A stretch of 61,231 nt of DNA, the filler included, from Nemertoderma westbladi (lineage: Eukaryota > Animalia > Xenacoelomorpha): NCBI GenBank assembly GCA_032718475.1. It is 3 parts of 3 records of this genome, joined end to end, with 100 filler letters (N's around TTAATTAATTAA, not from the genome) between each part and the next. Parts side by side here need not be neighbours in the genome. Positions count along the whole stretch, not along the records: positions 1 to 31,415 come from JAUCBJ010003492.1; 2 more parts are not named here. One strand, given 5' to 3'. The notes below the pieces were generated by a model that saw nothing but the letters and a program-made list of their open reading frames with translations, was not told where the DNA came from and did no database searches. Below, in pieces: positions 1 to 11,840 of the stretch. Position 1 is the stretch's first letter. Each line of letters begins with the position of its first letter. The translations under genes were made by a program, and so were the position numbers.

Positions 1-811
1 AATGACTGATCTGATTATTATTAGGACCATTACTAAAATGACAAAATAAAATTGATCATTTCTAGAATAATTTTATACATCCTGGGACGTAAATTTTTGG
101 CATAATCCTATATAAGTCCTATATATAATGTTAATATTTAATAATATACTTGTTCATACTGATAAATAACTTTATATTACTGCCTGCATGTGCCACTTCC
201 AGAATGTTACGAATAATTTTCATGTCATTCTTTTTATGAATTCCAAACTAATATTATAATTCCGCATTCAATTCCTAAATTGTTCTAAACTTTATAAACA
301 AATGTAGAAGAAAAACTCTCACCTAGAAGGAAGAGCAGAAAAATATAATACTAAATAAGGGTTGGATCGTGAAAAATATAAGAAAATATAGTCTCTTCTA
401 AGTCCAGATGATTTTCTCCAGTTTAAGGGTTAAAATATTATGGGAAAGGCGCAGGTTACAGTCGCGGTGTTTTCTAACCAAAACAATTTAAACGAAACCA
501 GATTTCGTATGCGATAAACTTGGGCCATTGAACAGTGCGAATGCATCTAAACTATCTTCTTTTATCTAGCTAACTGTTATGAAAGGGGAGAGCACCCATT
601 TACCCTACCCAAGTGTGGGTTGAAATTAAAAGAAATAATACTTTTTTGTAACTTTTCCGAAATAAATTCAAATATATATTTTCTCAAACCGTGATCTAAG
701 AAATTTACAAGAATTGAAATAATTGTCAAGTTTTATGTCATAAACATTGACCTGGGGTAAACCTTTAGCCACTCACTAACTATAAAACAAATCGTTATAT
801 TTCAAATAATA

Positions 812-3052
812 CTACTTCCTGTGACTCCGTATCATTTCGGTTTTCAGTTTTCGCAGTTTCGTAACAAAATAGGATTCCAACGCATCAGCGCATTGGTAAA
901 ATGAAGTTTTGGGAGAATTATAAACTCGGCAGTTATCAAAGAGTTTGGCTACATCATTAACAAAATCCTTAAGAGTCTTATAGTGGTGGTTGTTAACCCT
1001 CTTCTCGATGGTGGATAAGTCGATGGGATCCTTTATAATATCGTAGTAGTCCGGGACTTCTTCTTGATTGACAGGGAACTGAAAGGGCCACGCCATTTTA
1101 TGACCACGAAGAAACGAAACCACTTTTTTAAGAGATTCGACGTCTGAGTCTAATAGATTAGCGAGAGTGACATTCTGGTCGACGCCAGCATGCTGTCCAG
1201 ACGATCGCAACCTCTCGTGACACTTCGGACACGTGTACGACTCGATATACTTCGACTCTTTCTCAAGGACCCCAACGCATTTCCCGTGGAACCAATCGTT
1301 GCAGAGATCGCAACCGATGTAGAACGCAGATGTGTCGTAAACAGCGCGACATATACAGTAGCGGCGCTGGGACCCTGCCGCGTCGACGCAGTCCGGACAC
1401 CGCCACTCGGACAACCGACGCGTGTCCGCCTCCGTCAACCCCACGCAACTGCCGTGGAACCAACCCCGACACGTGTCGCACCCGACGTAGAACCGACTGG
1501 AATCGTACCGCGTCCGACAGATACAATGAAGCTGCTCGGGAGATCGCACCTCGGACCTGCAACGTTTCTCGTCTCCGACAATCTGCCGTTTCTTCGTCGG
1601 CGACTCCCCTAAACTCCCCTCATCGTCCTCATCACGATTACGTCGCCTCGCAGCAGGTTTCACTACCGGTTTCTTTACTTCAGTTTTAGCAACAGTCGCG
1701 TGATTCTCACCGAATATCTCCGCCTGTATCTCTGCCAACAGAATATTCTCAAGATGATGCCGTTTCCGAATAATATCCTTCTTAAGAGAATCTTTATTCC
1801 GCGACAGACACAGTTTATCTTCATTGGCTCTACTTCGTTTCGCATAAAACAATTCCCTCTCTTCCCTAAGTCGCATCGACTCGACTTTGCGTTCGGTGTC
1901 CAGTCTACGCCGTTCTGCGGACACTGCCTCGGCGCTGTACGACGGGAAGGTCGTAATGTTCCCGGATGGATCCATTCTGCGGCTCTTTGACGAGGATAAA
2001 CTCCGTTTAATCGCCTCGATTTGGTTCATAAGGTTCACAACACGAATCGGCGGCAGATTCTGTTGGTTTAGAACCGCCAGTAATTGATCGTTCGGCACAG
2101 ACGCTAAGGCTTCCATGGTCTTAAGATCGATTGTGGGCGGTCCACCTTGTCGGAGTCCCCCACTGGAGGGCGTCTGTGGCACGCCGGCGGGGCTTATGGC
2201 CGCCATTGCGGGTTTGGTCGCGTTATCCTGTATCGCTTTGTGGACCTGGGCCGCATTGGCGCCGGATATGACCACCTGGCTGCCCTTCTGGGTCACCGAG
2301 CACCCCTCCGGGATGGGTATACGGACCCCGTTCGGCAGCTGCACCAAGTGCTGCTGCACGCCGATAGAGGCGCCCGGTGTGACACCCAGTAGCACGGAGC
2401 GGCCCTGACCATCCATGACCTTAACTAAACCCCCCATTATCTGTTGGGGCGAGGAATTCCCGCTAACAGCAGGGCGCTGACCCCCCAGAATAGAAGGTTT
2501 ACTAGCGATATGAACGACATCCGAACTCAACACAACATCTTTCTTGCCCCTCAACTTGGATATTTCTTCCTCTACTTTTTTGAGTATCCGGACGTTGGAA
2601 TCTCCGTTTCCGTTTACGGCGACTGGCAGGGAGGACCCGTACTTTCTACCCGCAACCCTCCTCCCTTGCGCTTTCTCCCGGGGACTCATTCTCTCCTCCT
2701 CTTCCTTCACGCCTCTCACCGGGAGCGGAGTTCCTCCCCCTTTAGGGAGCGGCGGCGGGACCTTCTTATCGTCGTAGGTTCGCACCTCCCACGGCTCCAA
2801 CGACTCCTCCGGGATCCACACCGTATGGGTTCGCGTCTCGAATCGGCCCGACGTGTCGTCCAGCTTGGCGGCCTCCCGCTGACGCAGACCTTGTCTGCGA
2901 CCCCCGCCCGGCCGGTTGCTAGGCGATGGGACAACCACTTCCGGTTGACGTAACGGCCGGACAGTAACTCGGACTTTGTACTCCGACCGCAGACATTCTG
3001 GTTGGATGTCTCGTCGTTCCAGAAGAACTCGGGTGGTAAGAGTTTCCTCTAT
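812..3052 (-). CDS. BPTF: BPTF/NURF301 terminal exon: two PHD fingers + bromodomain
   Basis: ORF 812..2938 extends in frame to acceptor ttcattcattAG|ATA at 3052 (phase 0). Encodes IEETLTTRVLLERRD..RSEY and WIPEESLEPWEVR, two C4HC3 PHD fingers (HCICRTRYD..GCDTCRGWFHGSC; YCICRAVYD..GCDLCNDWFHGKC) and a bromodomain (HKMAWPFQFPV..PDYYDIIKDPIDL..NCRVYN). Confidence 0.95.
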   Translation of the reverse strand: MEETLTTRVLLERRDIQPECLRSEYKVRVTVRPLRQPEVVVPSPSNRPGGGRRQGLRQREAAKLDDTSGRFETRTHTVWIPEESLEPWEVRTYDDKKVPPPLPKGGGTPLPVRGVKEEEERMSPREKAQGRRVAGRKYGSSLPVAVNGNGDSNVRILKKVEEEISKLRGKKDVVLSSDVVHIASKPSILGGQRPAVSGNSSPQQIMGGLVKVMDGQGRSVLLGVTPGASIGVQQHLVQLPNGVRIPIPEGCSVTQKGSQVVISGANAAQVHKAIQDNATKPAMAAISPAGVPQTPSSGGLRQGGPPTIDLKTMEALASVPNDQLLAVLNQQNLPPIRVVNLMNQIEAIKRSLSSSKSRRMDPSGNITTFPSYSAEAVSAERRRLDTERKVESMRLREERELFYAKRSRANEDKLCLSRNKDSLKKDIIRKRHHLENILLAEIQAEIFGENHATVAKTEVKKPVVKPAARRRNRDEDDEGSLGESPTKKRQIVGDEKRCRSEVRSPEQLHCICRTRYDSSRFYVGCDTCRGWFHGSCVGLTEADTRRLSEWRCPDCVDAAGSQRRYCICRAVYDTSAFYIGCDLCNDWFHGKCVGVLEKESKYIESYTCPKCHERLRSSGQHAGVDQNVTLANLLDSDVESLKKVVSFLRGHKMAWPFQFPVNQEEVPDYYDIIKDPIDLSTIEKRVNNHHYKTLKDFVNDVAKLFDNCRVYNSPKTSFYQCADALESYFVTKLRKLKTEMIRSHRK

Positions 3053-3485
3053 CTAATGAATGAAAAGATCGATGAGCGCCTCACAACATTCAATGTTAAT
3101 ATAAATACAATAATATTTATAGAGTTTAGTAGTTAGAGTATAGGGTTAATAATAATAAAAAATACAAATTCGAAATATGAAATATTGTGTTCATTACGTT
3201 ATTATATGAGATAATTTGTTGTGCCTTTAATGAAATATTTCGCGCAGGTCATTTTGCCTTCTAACCAGTAAATTCAGCTTTAAAAAAGAATTCTCCACAT
3301 GAGCTATTAAACAGCTACTTTAGATAAGAAATGTGATAATTTAATATTTTAATTTATTTCCATTTTCAATTAAATAATTCAGTAAAAAAAATAAAATAAA
3401 AAATATTTCAGTAAAATTGATTTTCGTCTTAATTTGAAAAATTTATTTATTTTAGGCCCAGAATGAATTAATTGTAAGTAATTAC

Positions 3486-4074
3486 CTCATCCGTGTTCAT
3501 CCACACTGGGCTCTCCGTGGTAGACGGTGGTTTCTGAACGAGTGCGTCCCAGCGAATGCAAGAGGTTAGCACGCGGATACACATGGCGCAGGTTGCTAGG
3601 TTACATATTGACGCGAGTCGCCAGCGCCAGCAAGTCTTCAGCACGGGTCGGGGGGCGGGGTAGATCCAATGGGGTGTCGACTTGGCTGAGTAGGAGAACC
3701 CAGACACCTCGAGATTACCAGCCCGACTCGCGGCCCTCAGCGCCTCCTTGCGGGGGACAGCGAAGAGCGTTTTTGCGCCGCGTTTCGTCATGAACTTGTG
3801 GCAACGGGGTACCGGTCGTCTCTGCGACCCCGGGTTGGTGTGGCGGTGCAGTTGGCCCAGGTTGACAGTCAACCCGGTGGGGCGCGGAGGTTCCGGTCGG
3901 AACTCCCCCGCTAGGGGCGTATCGGCATCGATATCGGACGGGGCGCTACGGGACGGACAGTCGGAGGAGTAGCAGACGGTAAGCGATTCCCGCAAGGAAC
4001 ACGAGGGGGAGTAACAAACTTTAGTTACGAGTTGATAAAATTCCCAGGCTGCTCTTTCTTGGTCTCTTTGTTTC
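3486..4074 (-). CDS. BPTF: BPTF internal exon
   Basis: Acceptor tttcctAG|G (phase 2), donor GAG|GTAATT (phase 0). BPTF-type motifs CYSPSC and WIYPAPRPVLKTCWRWRL..CIRWD. Phases match both neighbours. Confidence 0.9.
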
Positions 4075-4345
4075 CTAGGAAACATTAAATATTAACAAAT
4101 GAGATAAAAAAACAATTATTTATTTCGCCAGGATTAACATAGGGGTAATCATAGTAATCATATTGTTTTATATAACATTCGGTAAACCAGGCATGACCCT
4201 GCATACTAGGTTACAAACAACGTTGTACAAGTGTACAGCTATTTTCGAGGGTTATACAATATACATTCACCCGTAAAAGCCCATTAGCGCCAAATTTTAT
4301 CCGGCTTCTAAAGAAGAGTGCTGACATGGAGGCGTTTTGACATAT

Positions 4346-5977
4346 GTGACCCAACACATAGAAAGGGGTCAATTGACAAAAAAATGGTTTTTAACTTTTT
4401 GTTGGTTTTATATAGATAATTTAACGGAGAATTTCCCATTGAAAACCATTTGTTAATATCTCTTTTCGTTTTTGAGTTATTGTAGATTTAGTAAGACAAG
4501 GTTCTGAGATAATTTCATAGCAACATTCTGAGAAAATTCGATTTAAAATTTTCAAACCTTCCCGCCATTTTCAGAAACCGCTGTGATTTTTCAAACATCA
4601 TTTGAACATTTCTGAATGGAATGGATATTCAATAACATCAACATAATTATAGCATTGGAAGATTCCACAGACAGTTATTTAATATATTTTGTCAGTTTTA
4701 AGGTTTGACAGATTCTTTACATGTATGTTTGTCTGTCTGTATGCATACCCTTTTCTTATTTTGTCTATGAAATAATAAAGAAATTGCAATACCTACTGTA
4801 GTCGAAATATTTGCTACCGGGGGATTTCTTGGTCGGTAAACTTTTTATGGTGTCAGTTTTAATGTTTGTCAGGATCTACACGGTCAGTATGTTTGTATGT
4901 CATTCTGTTTGTCTGTCTGTCTGTATGTATGTATGTATGTCTGACGTACAGACATACATATAAACAGACAGTAAAGATGATGTTAAACGTAAAAACTGAT
5001 ATCGGAAATGTCTTCGCCGACATATAAAACCACCATAGCCATATTTTGGTTAGGGTTAAATACTATTCTTAATTTTTTGACGGACATACATACAGACAAA
5101 CAGACTGACTGACTTACAGACATACATAGAGACAGACCGTCAAGATTTCGTAAACATGAAAAACTGACATCGAAAATGGATTCAACGACCTGGAAAACCC
5201 CCCAGAGCCATATTTTTGTAAAGTTACATTATTTTTTCAACTTTTTAACTGACATACACATACAGATAAATAGTCTGACAGACAGACATACAGACATACA
5301 TAGAAGCATACAGTTAAGATGATGTTAAACGTAAAAACTGATATCGGAAATGAGTTTGCCGACCTAGAAAACCCCCATAACCATATTTTAGTAAGGTTAA
5401 ATGATTTTCTTAATTTTTTGACGGACATACATACAAACAAACAGACTGACTGACATACAGACATACATAGAGACAGACAATCAAGATATCGTAAACATGA
5501 AAAACTGGCATCGAAAATGGATTCACCGACCTGGAAAACCCCCCAGAGCCATATTTTTGTAAAGTTAAATTATTTCTTCAATGTTTTCACTCACATACAT
5601 ACAGACAAACAGACTGACAGACAAATAGACAGACATACATAGAAAAAGACAATTAAGATGCTCTCAAATGTAAAACTGATATCGGAAATGAGTTCGCCAA
5701 CCTAGAAAACCCCCATAGCCATATTATGGTGAGATTATATGATTTTCTTTATTTTTTGATTGACAAACAGCCAGACAAACAAACAGACAGACAGACATTT
5801 TCTATAAGTACTGAAACCTTAGAAGTTATTTTTTTGGATTCTACGTTAAATTTCGATCTTAAATCAATAAAATAATGAAATTTAATTTTTTTTTGTTTTC
5901 TATGATTTTTTCATATATTTGAAATTTCTGGAAAATGAGATTATTTGAAATTGACCCCTTTCTATGTGTTGGGTCAC
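4346..5977. mobile_element. Non-autonomous TIR/foldback DNA transposon in BPTF intron
   Basis: Perfect inverted termini GTGACCCAACACATAGAAAGGGGTCAATT with ATAT on both flanks. Interior has ~170-bp modules (dimer period ~341 bp) with (CAGA/CATA)n runs, arranged head-to-head around ~4945. Confidence 0.8.
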
Positions 5978-7850
5978 ATATTTTGAAACATTCGCCATTT
6001 TTACATAAATTTGACACTTTTGGACGTATATTTTTTACACAACTGCAAAGAAAATGAAAAAGATGTGTCAAAAAAATCTAAAAAAAACAATATGAAAAAA
6101 ATGTGTCAAAAATGCCAAATTTCTCGGAATTTCTTTAATTTTTGGAAAAGCCTTTGAATTGCATTTGAAATTTATAAATTGCATTCGCCAGAAATGCATT
6201 CAAAGTTTATGGTTAGGGTAATTTAATTAATTCGAAAATGTTAGACTGCGCATGCGCACAACACAGTTGAAAATTTTGTTGCAAGGGTTTACCGGGTCGG
6301 TTATTTCATTTCTGAAGTCAGTTTTCTCATTTGACAGCGTCATGGCTGCCTGAATTGCTGACTTTATGTCCGTCAAAATATGACATTCAGCTGAACAGAC
6401 AAACAGACAATAAGGATGACGTCATACATGAAAACTGACACCTGAAATAAAATCACCAACCATGAAAACCTTCAGCATAACAAATTTCTTAGCTAGTTGG
6501 TATGTATTCCCACTACTTTGACAGACAGATCGTCATAACATATACCCCATAACAATACGTTTAGCTAGGGGAATGCTTTCCATATATTGTCAGACAGACA
6601 GACGGTCATACAGACAGACCGACAGACAAACATTATAGACTTCGAAAAACATAAAAACTGACATCAGAAATGAATCAGCGATCAGGAAAACCACATCAAA
6701 AATGTTAACCAGGTGGTATGTTGTCATTATATTTTGACAGACAAATAATATTTATTCTGTGCAGCTATTAAATACTACCACTATGCTATCAAACCAACTA
6801 CCGTCGACTGGCTGTCGTGCTATTAGTCTTTTATATTATTAACCATCCAAATCGTAATCCTGCTTGCTTTCACCCTACCGGTAATTAATTTCCATATCAA
6901 TTAAATCATTATTACATTACTATCGCTTCATTTGATGTCTGTGAACCTAACTAATGAACTGCATAATTTATAAATATTGTCTCCTTTTGCTTCATAATTA
7001 ATGTCAATCCTAATCTTATTTCAACTATTGTTTCTTATTTAACTTAGTCCAAATCACATACAAAACCAATAATAAACACAATCTACTGATTATGTTATAC
7101 TTATATTTGCACACTTATTGCACACTTATTATATATATATACAATATACATACGCCTATGACATCTTATTGTCAATTTTAATCTGTGCTGTGCAATTATT
7201 AAATTTTAATTTGTATCTCTGAATGTCTTATACCGATTTTAATATGTGTCAATCTTGTGCACTTTTATTATATGTTCTTGTGCAATTTTATGTCAATTGT
7301 ATTTGATTAAAACAATGAAATGAAATGAAACGTTCAACTTTACTCCTGTGGTGATAAATAATATATATATATATTATATATATTATATACATTATATATA
7401 TAATGTTAGTTAGACCAAAGAGCACACAAACATTGTTACTGTTAATGATGCATTCTAGACAATAGTGGGGGGTTAGGAATTACGAGACTAAACTGATGGT
7501 TGATTCACCTTGTTCCAAAAGAGCCATCTGCTCATAAAGTAAATGATATTCACCGGTAATTTTATTTCCAGACAGAAATAAAGTCCAATTTAAATTATTT
7601 ATCAACGTAAAATAAAGTAAAGTATTTTCGAAACACTGAGTCCCAGATACTCCTCCAAGGGGGCCACACTAACTCCCGATGTTGAACATGGTTTTACTTT
7701 TAACGCAGTGCAGTGAAGATCAAGATACCGTGATAAATTATCATGCTGTAACTGAAAGTGGCCTATAGAAAAGTTAACTCATTTCTGAACTATCAAAATT
7801 TCAAAATCACGTAAGTTGAAAATTGTAATATTTGGAAATTTTAGTGCCCT

Positions 7851-8135
7851 GCACAGTTAGTAGTGTAAAGTGCACCGCACAGTTAGTAGCGTAAAGTGCA
7901 CCGCACAGTTAGTAGCGTAAAGTGCACCGCACAGTTAGTAGTGTAAAGTGCACCGCACAGTTAGTAGTGTAAAGTGCACCGCACAGTTAGTAGCGTAAAG
8001 TGCACCGCACAGTTAGTAGTGTAAAGTGCACCGCACAGTTAGTAGTGTAAAGTGCACCGCACAGTTAGTAGCGTAAAGTGCACCGCACAGTTAGTAGTGT
8101 AAAGTGCACCGCACAGTTAGTAGCGTAAAGTGCAC
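7851..8135. repeat. 26-bp intronic minisatellite, 11 copies
   Basis: Unit GCACAGTTAGTAGYGTAAAGTGCACC; unit starts at 7851, 7877 ... 8111. Confidence 0.97.
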
Positions 8136-8170
8136 TGTTTCTCAATATACTCGACTTCTACAAAACTAAC

Positions 8171-9213
8171 CGTTTCTCGATTTCCCTATGAAGTTTCTCC
8201 AACTGAATTCGTTCCCCTAGCAACGCCGCGAGTCGAAACGAATTAATCGGAATTTGAGGAAACCGAGTTCTATCGACTAGACACCGACTGACATCAATAA
8301 CGTCGGGAGGAAATGACGTCACTTCCGAGTCGGTGACAGTTGAAGAAACATTACCAATCCCACCGGGAAGATCATCAGTTCTGTTAGTAATGCTATCAGT
8401 TTCGGTTGCTACTTCATCAGTTTTGCTGCAACTATTATTAGTTACGGAAGTATTATTGCACTGCTTATCAATGATTGTAGCCTGGCTAGTATCGCTACTG
8501 CACTCAGTGGAAAGTCGTGTAGAACCAGCAGTTACCAATGGATGTTCCGTTACAGCTGATGGCATATCAGAATCAGCTGTTAATATTTCTGATACAGCTG
8601 ATTGATCGACAGAATCAGCTGTTAATTTTTCTGATACAGCTGATTGAACGACAAAATCAGCTGTTACTTTTTCTGATACAGCTGATTGAACGACAGAATC
8701 AGCTGTTAATTTTTCTGATACAGCTGATTGAACGACAGAATCAGCTGTTACTTTTTCTAATACAGCTGATTGTACAACAGAATCAGCTGTTACTTTTTCT
8801 GATACAGCTGATTGTACATCAGAATCAGCTGTTAATTCTTGCGATAGTTTTTCGACAGTTAATTGTTCCGAAATGGAAACAATCGATTCTATTTGAGTAG
8901 AATCCGAAGGATTCCCCAACTGAACACCAGTAGTGGTTCCTTGGGACGACCAATCAGGTTGTTGGACAGGATTGTGTGCGGCGGCGACGACATTCCGTTT
9001 GATAGAAGCTCCCACACCTGGTCGCCACGCAACGCTCACCCAATACCATCCGCCGTTACCGTAGATACGGTACTCCTCGCCCTTCAGCTTGTAGACGGAA
9101 TGCCGGACCGGGAGGATACTGTACTTTACCAGCGGTTGGTTGGCTTGGAAGGTTGCCACGGCAACAGCCGCTTTTCCCTCTTTTTTCTCCTTTTCTTCCG
9201 AATCTCTTTGGAC
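8171..9213 (-). CDS. BPTF: BPTF internal exon with a 14-aa tandem repeat
   Basis: Acceptor tttttAG|GTC (phase 0), donor AAACG|GTTAGT (phase 2). Motif VKYSILPVRHSVYKLKGEEYRIYGNGGWYW resembles the conserved BPTF VKY..PV.H.V.K.KGEEYR..G.GGW.W block. Confidence 0.9.
8545..8835 (-). repeat. Coding 42-bp tandem repeat (TADSVVQSAVSEKL x~7)
   Basis: Visible in the translation and DNA; two CAGCTG per unit. Confidence 0.9.
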
Positions 9214-9721
9214 CTAAAAATAAAGTGGAAAAAATGTATGAAACAAATGAGTTTACGGACGTGGGGTATATTTAAACCTAAAACTAAAAAAGTGCGAACT
9301 TTAAAAAACAGGTTTAACCATTGGATTGAACAATAATAATTATTTCGAAGAATTAAAATAATAATTTTTTTTTTTTTTTTAATAATAGTAATAATAAATC
9401 ATAACGCATTTCTAGTTCTAGTATTCCTATAGATAGATAGGTATTCCAGTAGAATACCTAAGTGAAATTCTACTGGAATTTTATATAAGAAGAAATTGCA
9501 TTTGTCTAAATTTATCCTTAATTAAGTGAGTTGCAGCCCTTATTTATAACCTGTATATATAGATACTTATTCGTTTATTGTTTTGGTTAGTTAGAATCAG
9601 CCCTTCTGAAACCAGTGGTTTTGGTGATGAAAACCTGATATTCTTCACAAGGGGGATAACTGCAAAGTAAAATATAACGGCAGAAAGTCTGGTATACTTC
9701 ACAACTGGGCCATAAACTAAC

Positions 9722-10530
9722 CGCAGTGGTTCTCTGAAACTGTGTGCAGCCCAGACTCTCGTGCCAGACTGGCAGGAATGCCATAGGTTTGATGCAGCTC
9801 TCTAGGATAGCGATAGCGAGCGCTAACGCACGGCTGGACTGACAACGCTGCACTCCCTTAGCCCAACGCAACCGGATGTCAGACCATCTCGGGTGGAGGA
9901 ACGCCAACGGGATTTTATTCTCGATCTGGCAGAGAGCGAGTCGGAGAGACGCAACGATGGTGGGCTTCTCGCCGAACTGTCCGCCCTCCCAATCACGGAT
10001 ATGGTCCATGGAGAACTTGGCGTTGAGATTCCGTCTCTTCTGTTGCTCCTCGGCAAGTTGCGACTTGGTCTGGGCCAACCGCCCGCGGGTGAACTCGTTG
10101 AGGTAGAGTCGGTAGGCCGAGTTGCCCCCGAGTCGGAATGAGGCGTCCGAGGGGGCCGGGAGGGGGCGAATAGGGGGGCGGGTTGCGGCGCCGCGGATCT
10201 GGTTGACCACGTACTGCATGGTGCCGGCACCGGGGGGATAGTCGGAGTCGGCATAGCGTCGGGGCGGGCCGCCGCGGTACGATGGGTCCTGGGAGCGGGT
10301 GCGGATGGGTTCCAGGGGGGCGATAGTATGTTGTGAGTCTGTGGAAGCGGGATGGGAGTCAGTGGGGGCGGGGTGGGAGTCTGTGGGAGCGGGATGGGAG
10401 TCTGTGGGGGAAGGGTGGGAATCAGTGGGAGCAGGGTGGGCGTCAGTGGGAGCAGATTGGGAGTCTGTGGGAGCGGGGAGGGCGTTCAGGAGTTGCGAGG
10501 CCTCCTTACTATCATCTTTGATCGGTGAAT
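9722..10530 (-). CDS. BPTF: BPTF internal exon (WHIM/WSD-like region)
   Basis: Acceptor tattttAG|AT (phase 1), donor GCG|GTTAGT (phase 0). Motifs FRLG..YRLYLNEF, IPLAFLHPRW..W.K.V..C..LALAIAILESCIKP..WHESLG. Confidence 0.9.
10330..10480 (-). repeat. Coding 21-bp tandem repeat (PAPTDSH x7)
   Basis: PAPTDSQ SAPTDAH PAPTDSH PSPTDSH PAPTDSH PAPTDSH PASTDSQ in ORF 9587..10564. Confidence 0.9.
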
Positions 10531-11509
10531 CTAAAATACAATCGAATTTGTAAAATAAAAACAATGAAAATATATAAAGTAACTACAAATTATTAGCGGT
10601 ACTAATTAACCAATAAACAACTCTATGAATGTTATAATTTAGCATAAAAGTCGTACCATGTTTGAATCATTAATAATAAATGCAAATGAAATTGAAAAGA
10701 ATTCAACAGCTGCTTATGATGTTATCCGTTTTCCTAATCCCGTATAATATAAACATACCAAAATTAAACAAACTAACGTTATTTGATTTAAATAATCGAA
10801 AGAAGGTAAGACACTATCCAGATTCTCGAAATCTCTATATATTCAACCGACAGCAAAACAACTATGACGCATTAGCATTATTAAAATAAATTATTTAATT
10901 GATTTAATAGAATTTCCCATCAACGGCCTATGTAGAGTACCGGTACGCTTAAAATCTATAAGGTACCAATTAATGTAATCTTGTTACATTGTTAACTTTT
11001 CGACGTTCTTTACGTTAAATCCAATAAATGGTGAAGACTTAACTCAAACTCCAAAGTCAAACGACTAAATGAAATAATTTCCAGTGACATTAAGTTGATT
11101 AACACTACCAATAATATAAACTTTGCTTGTAGTAACAGTAACATGCTCCCGATACTATAGTTACTAAATCACCACAACCCGTCAATGACATTAAGTTTCC
11201 AATTGGGCACTTACGGGGGACTACTCATTGAATGTATTGCATTCTACAGTAATGTCTTTATCCTAGTGATGTTGAAAACAGACACAGTATGCTGTATATT
11301 CAAAATAATATGTGCATCTTTCATTTCTGAAATCTTTCATTTCTGCTATTCTTTCTGCTGCCGCATGTGAAGTATATGGGACTTTCTGGTGTTATATTTC
11401 ACTTTGTATTATACCCCCACTGGGAAGAAGAATACAAGGTTTCCAATAAAAACCCAGGTTACAGAATGGCTGAATCTAACCAAAACAATAATCAAATTGA
11501 ATCTGATGG

Positions 11510-11840
11510 CTGCTGTCGGTTGTCGCTTGTGTGCTGTCGGTTGTCTGATGTCGGTTGTCTGATGTCGGTTGTGTGCTGTCGTTTCGCTTGTCTGATATCG
11601 ATTGTCTGCTTTCGGTTGTCGGTTGTTTACTGTCGGTTGCCTGCTGCCAGCTTTCTGCTGTCGGTTTTCTGTCGTCGGTTGCCTGCTGTCGGTGGTCTTC
11701 TGTCGGTGGTCTGCTGTTGATTTTCTGCTGTCGATTGTCTGCTGTCGGTTGTCTGATGTCGGTTGTCTTCTGTCGGCTGTCTGCTGTCGGTTGTCTGCTG
11801 TTAGTTGACTGCTGTCGGTGGTCTGCTGTCGGTTGTTTGT
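11510..11840. repeat. Degenerate 7/14-bp tandem repeat (GTCGGTT-GTCTGCT)
   Basis: Repeated tgtcggttgtctgc units directly abutting the 61-bp array. Confidence 0.9.

Noticed and set aside
1190-2953. Plus-strand ORFs overlapping the BPTF terminal exon
   Set aside because: Antisense shadows of GC-rich coding sequence with no recognisable motifs.
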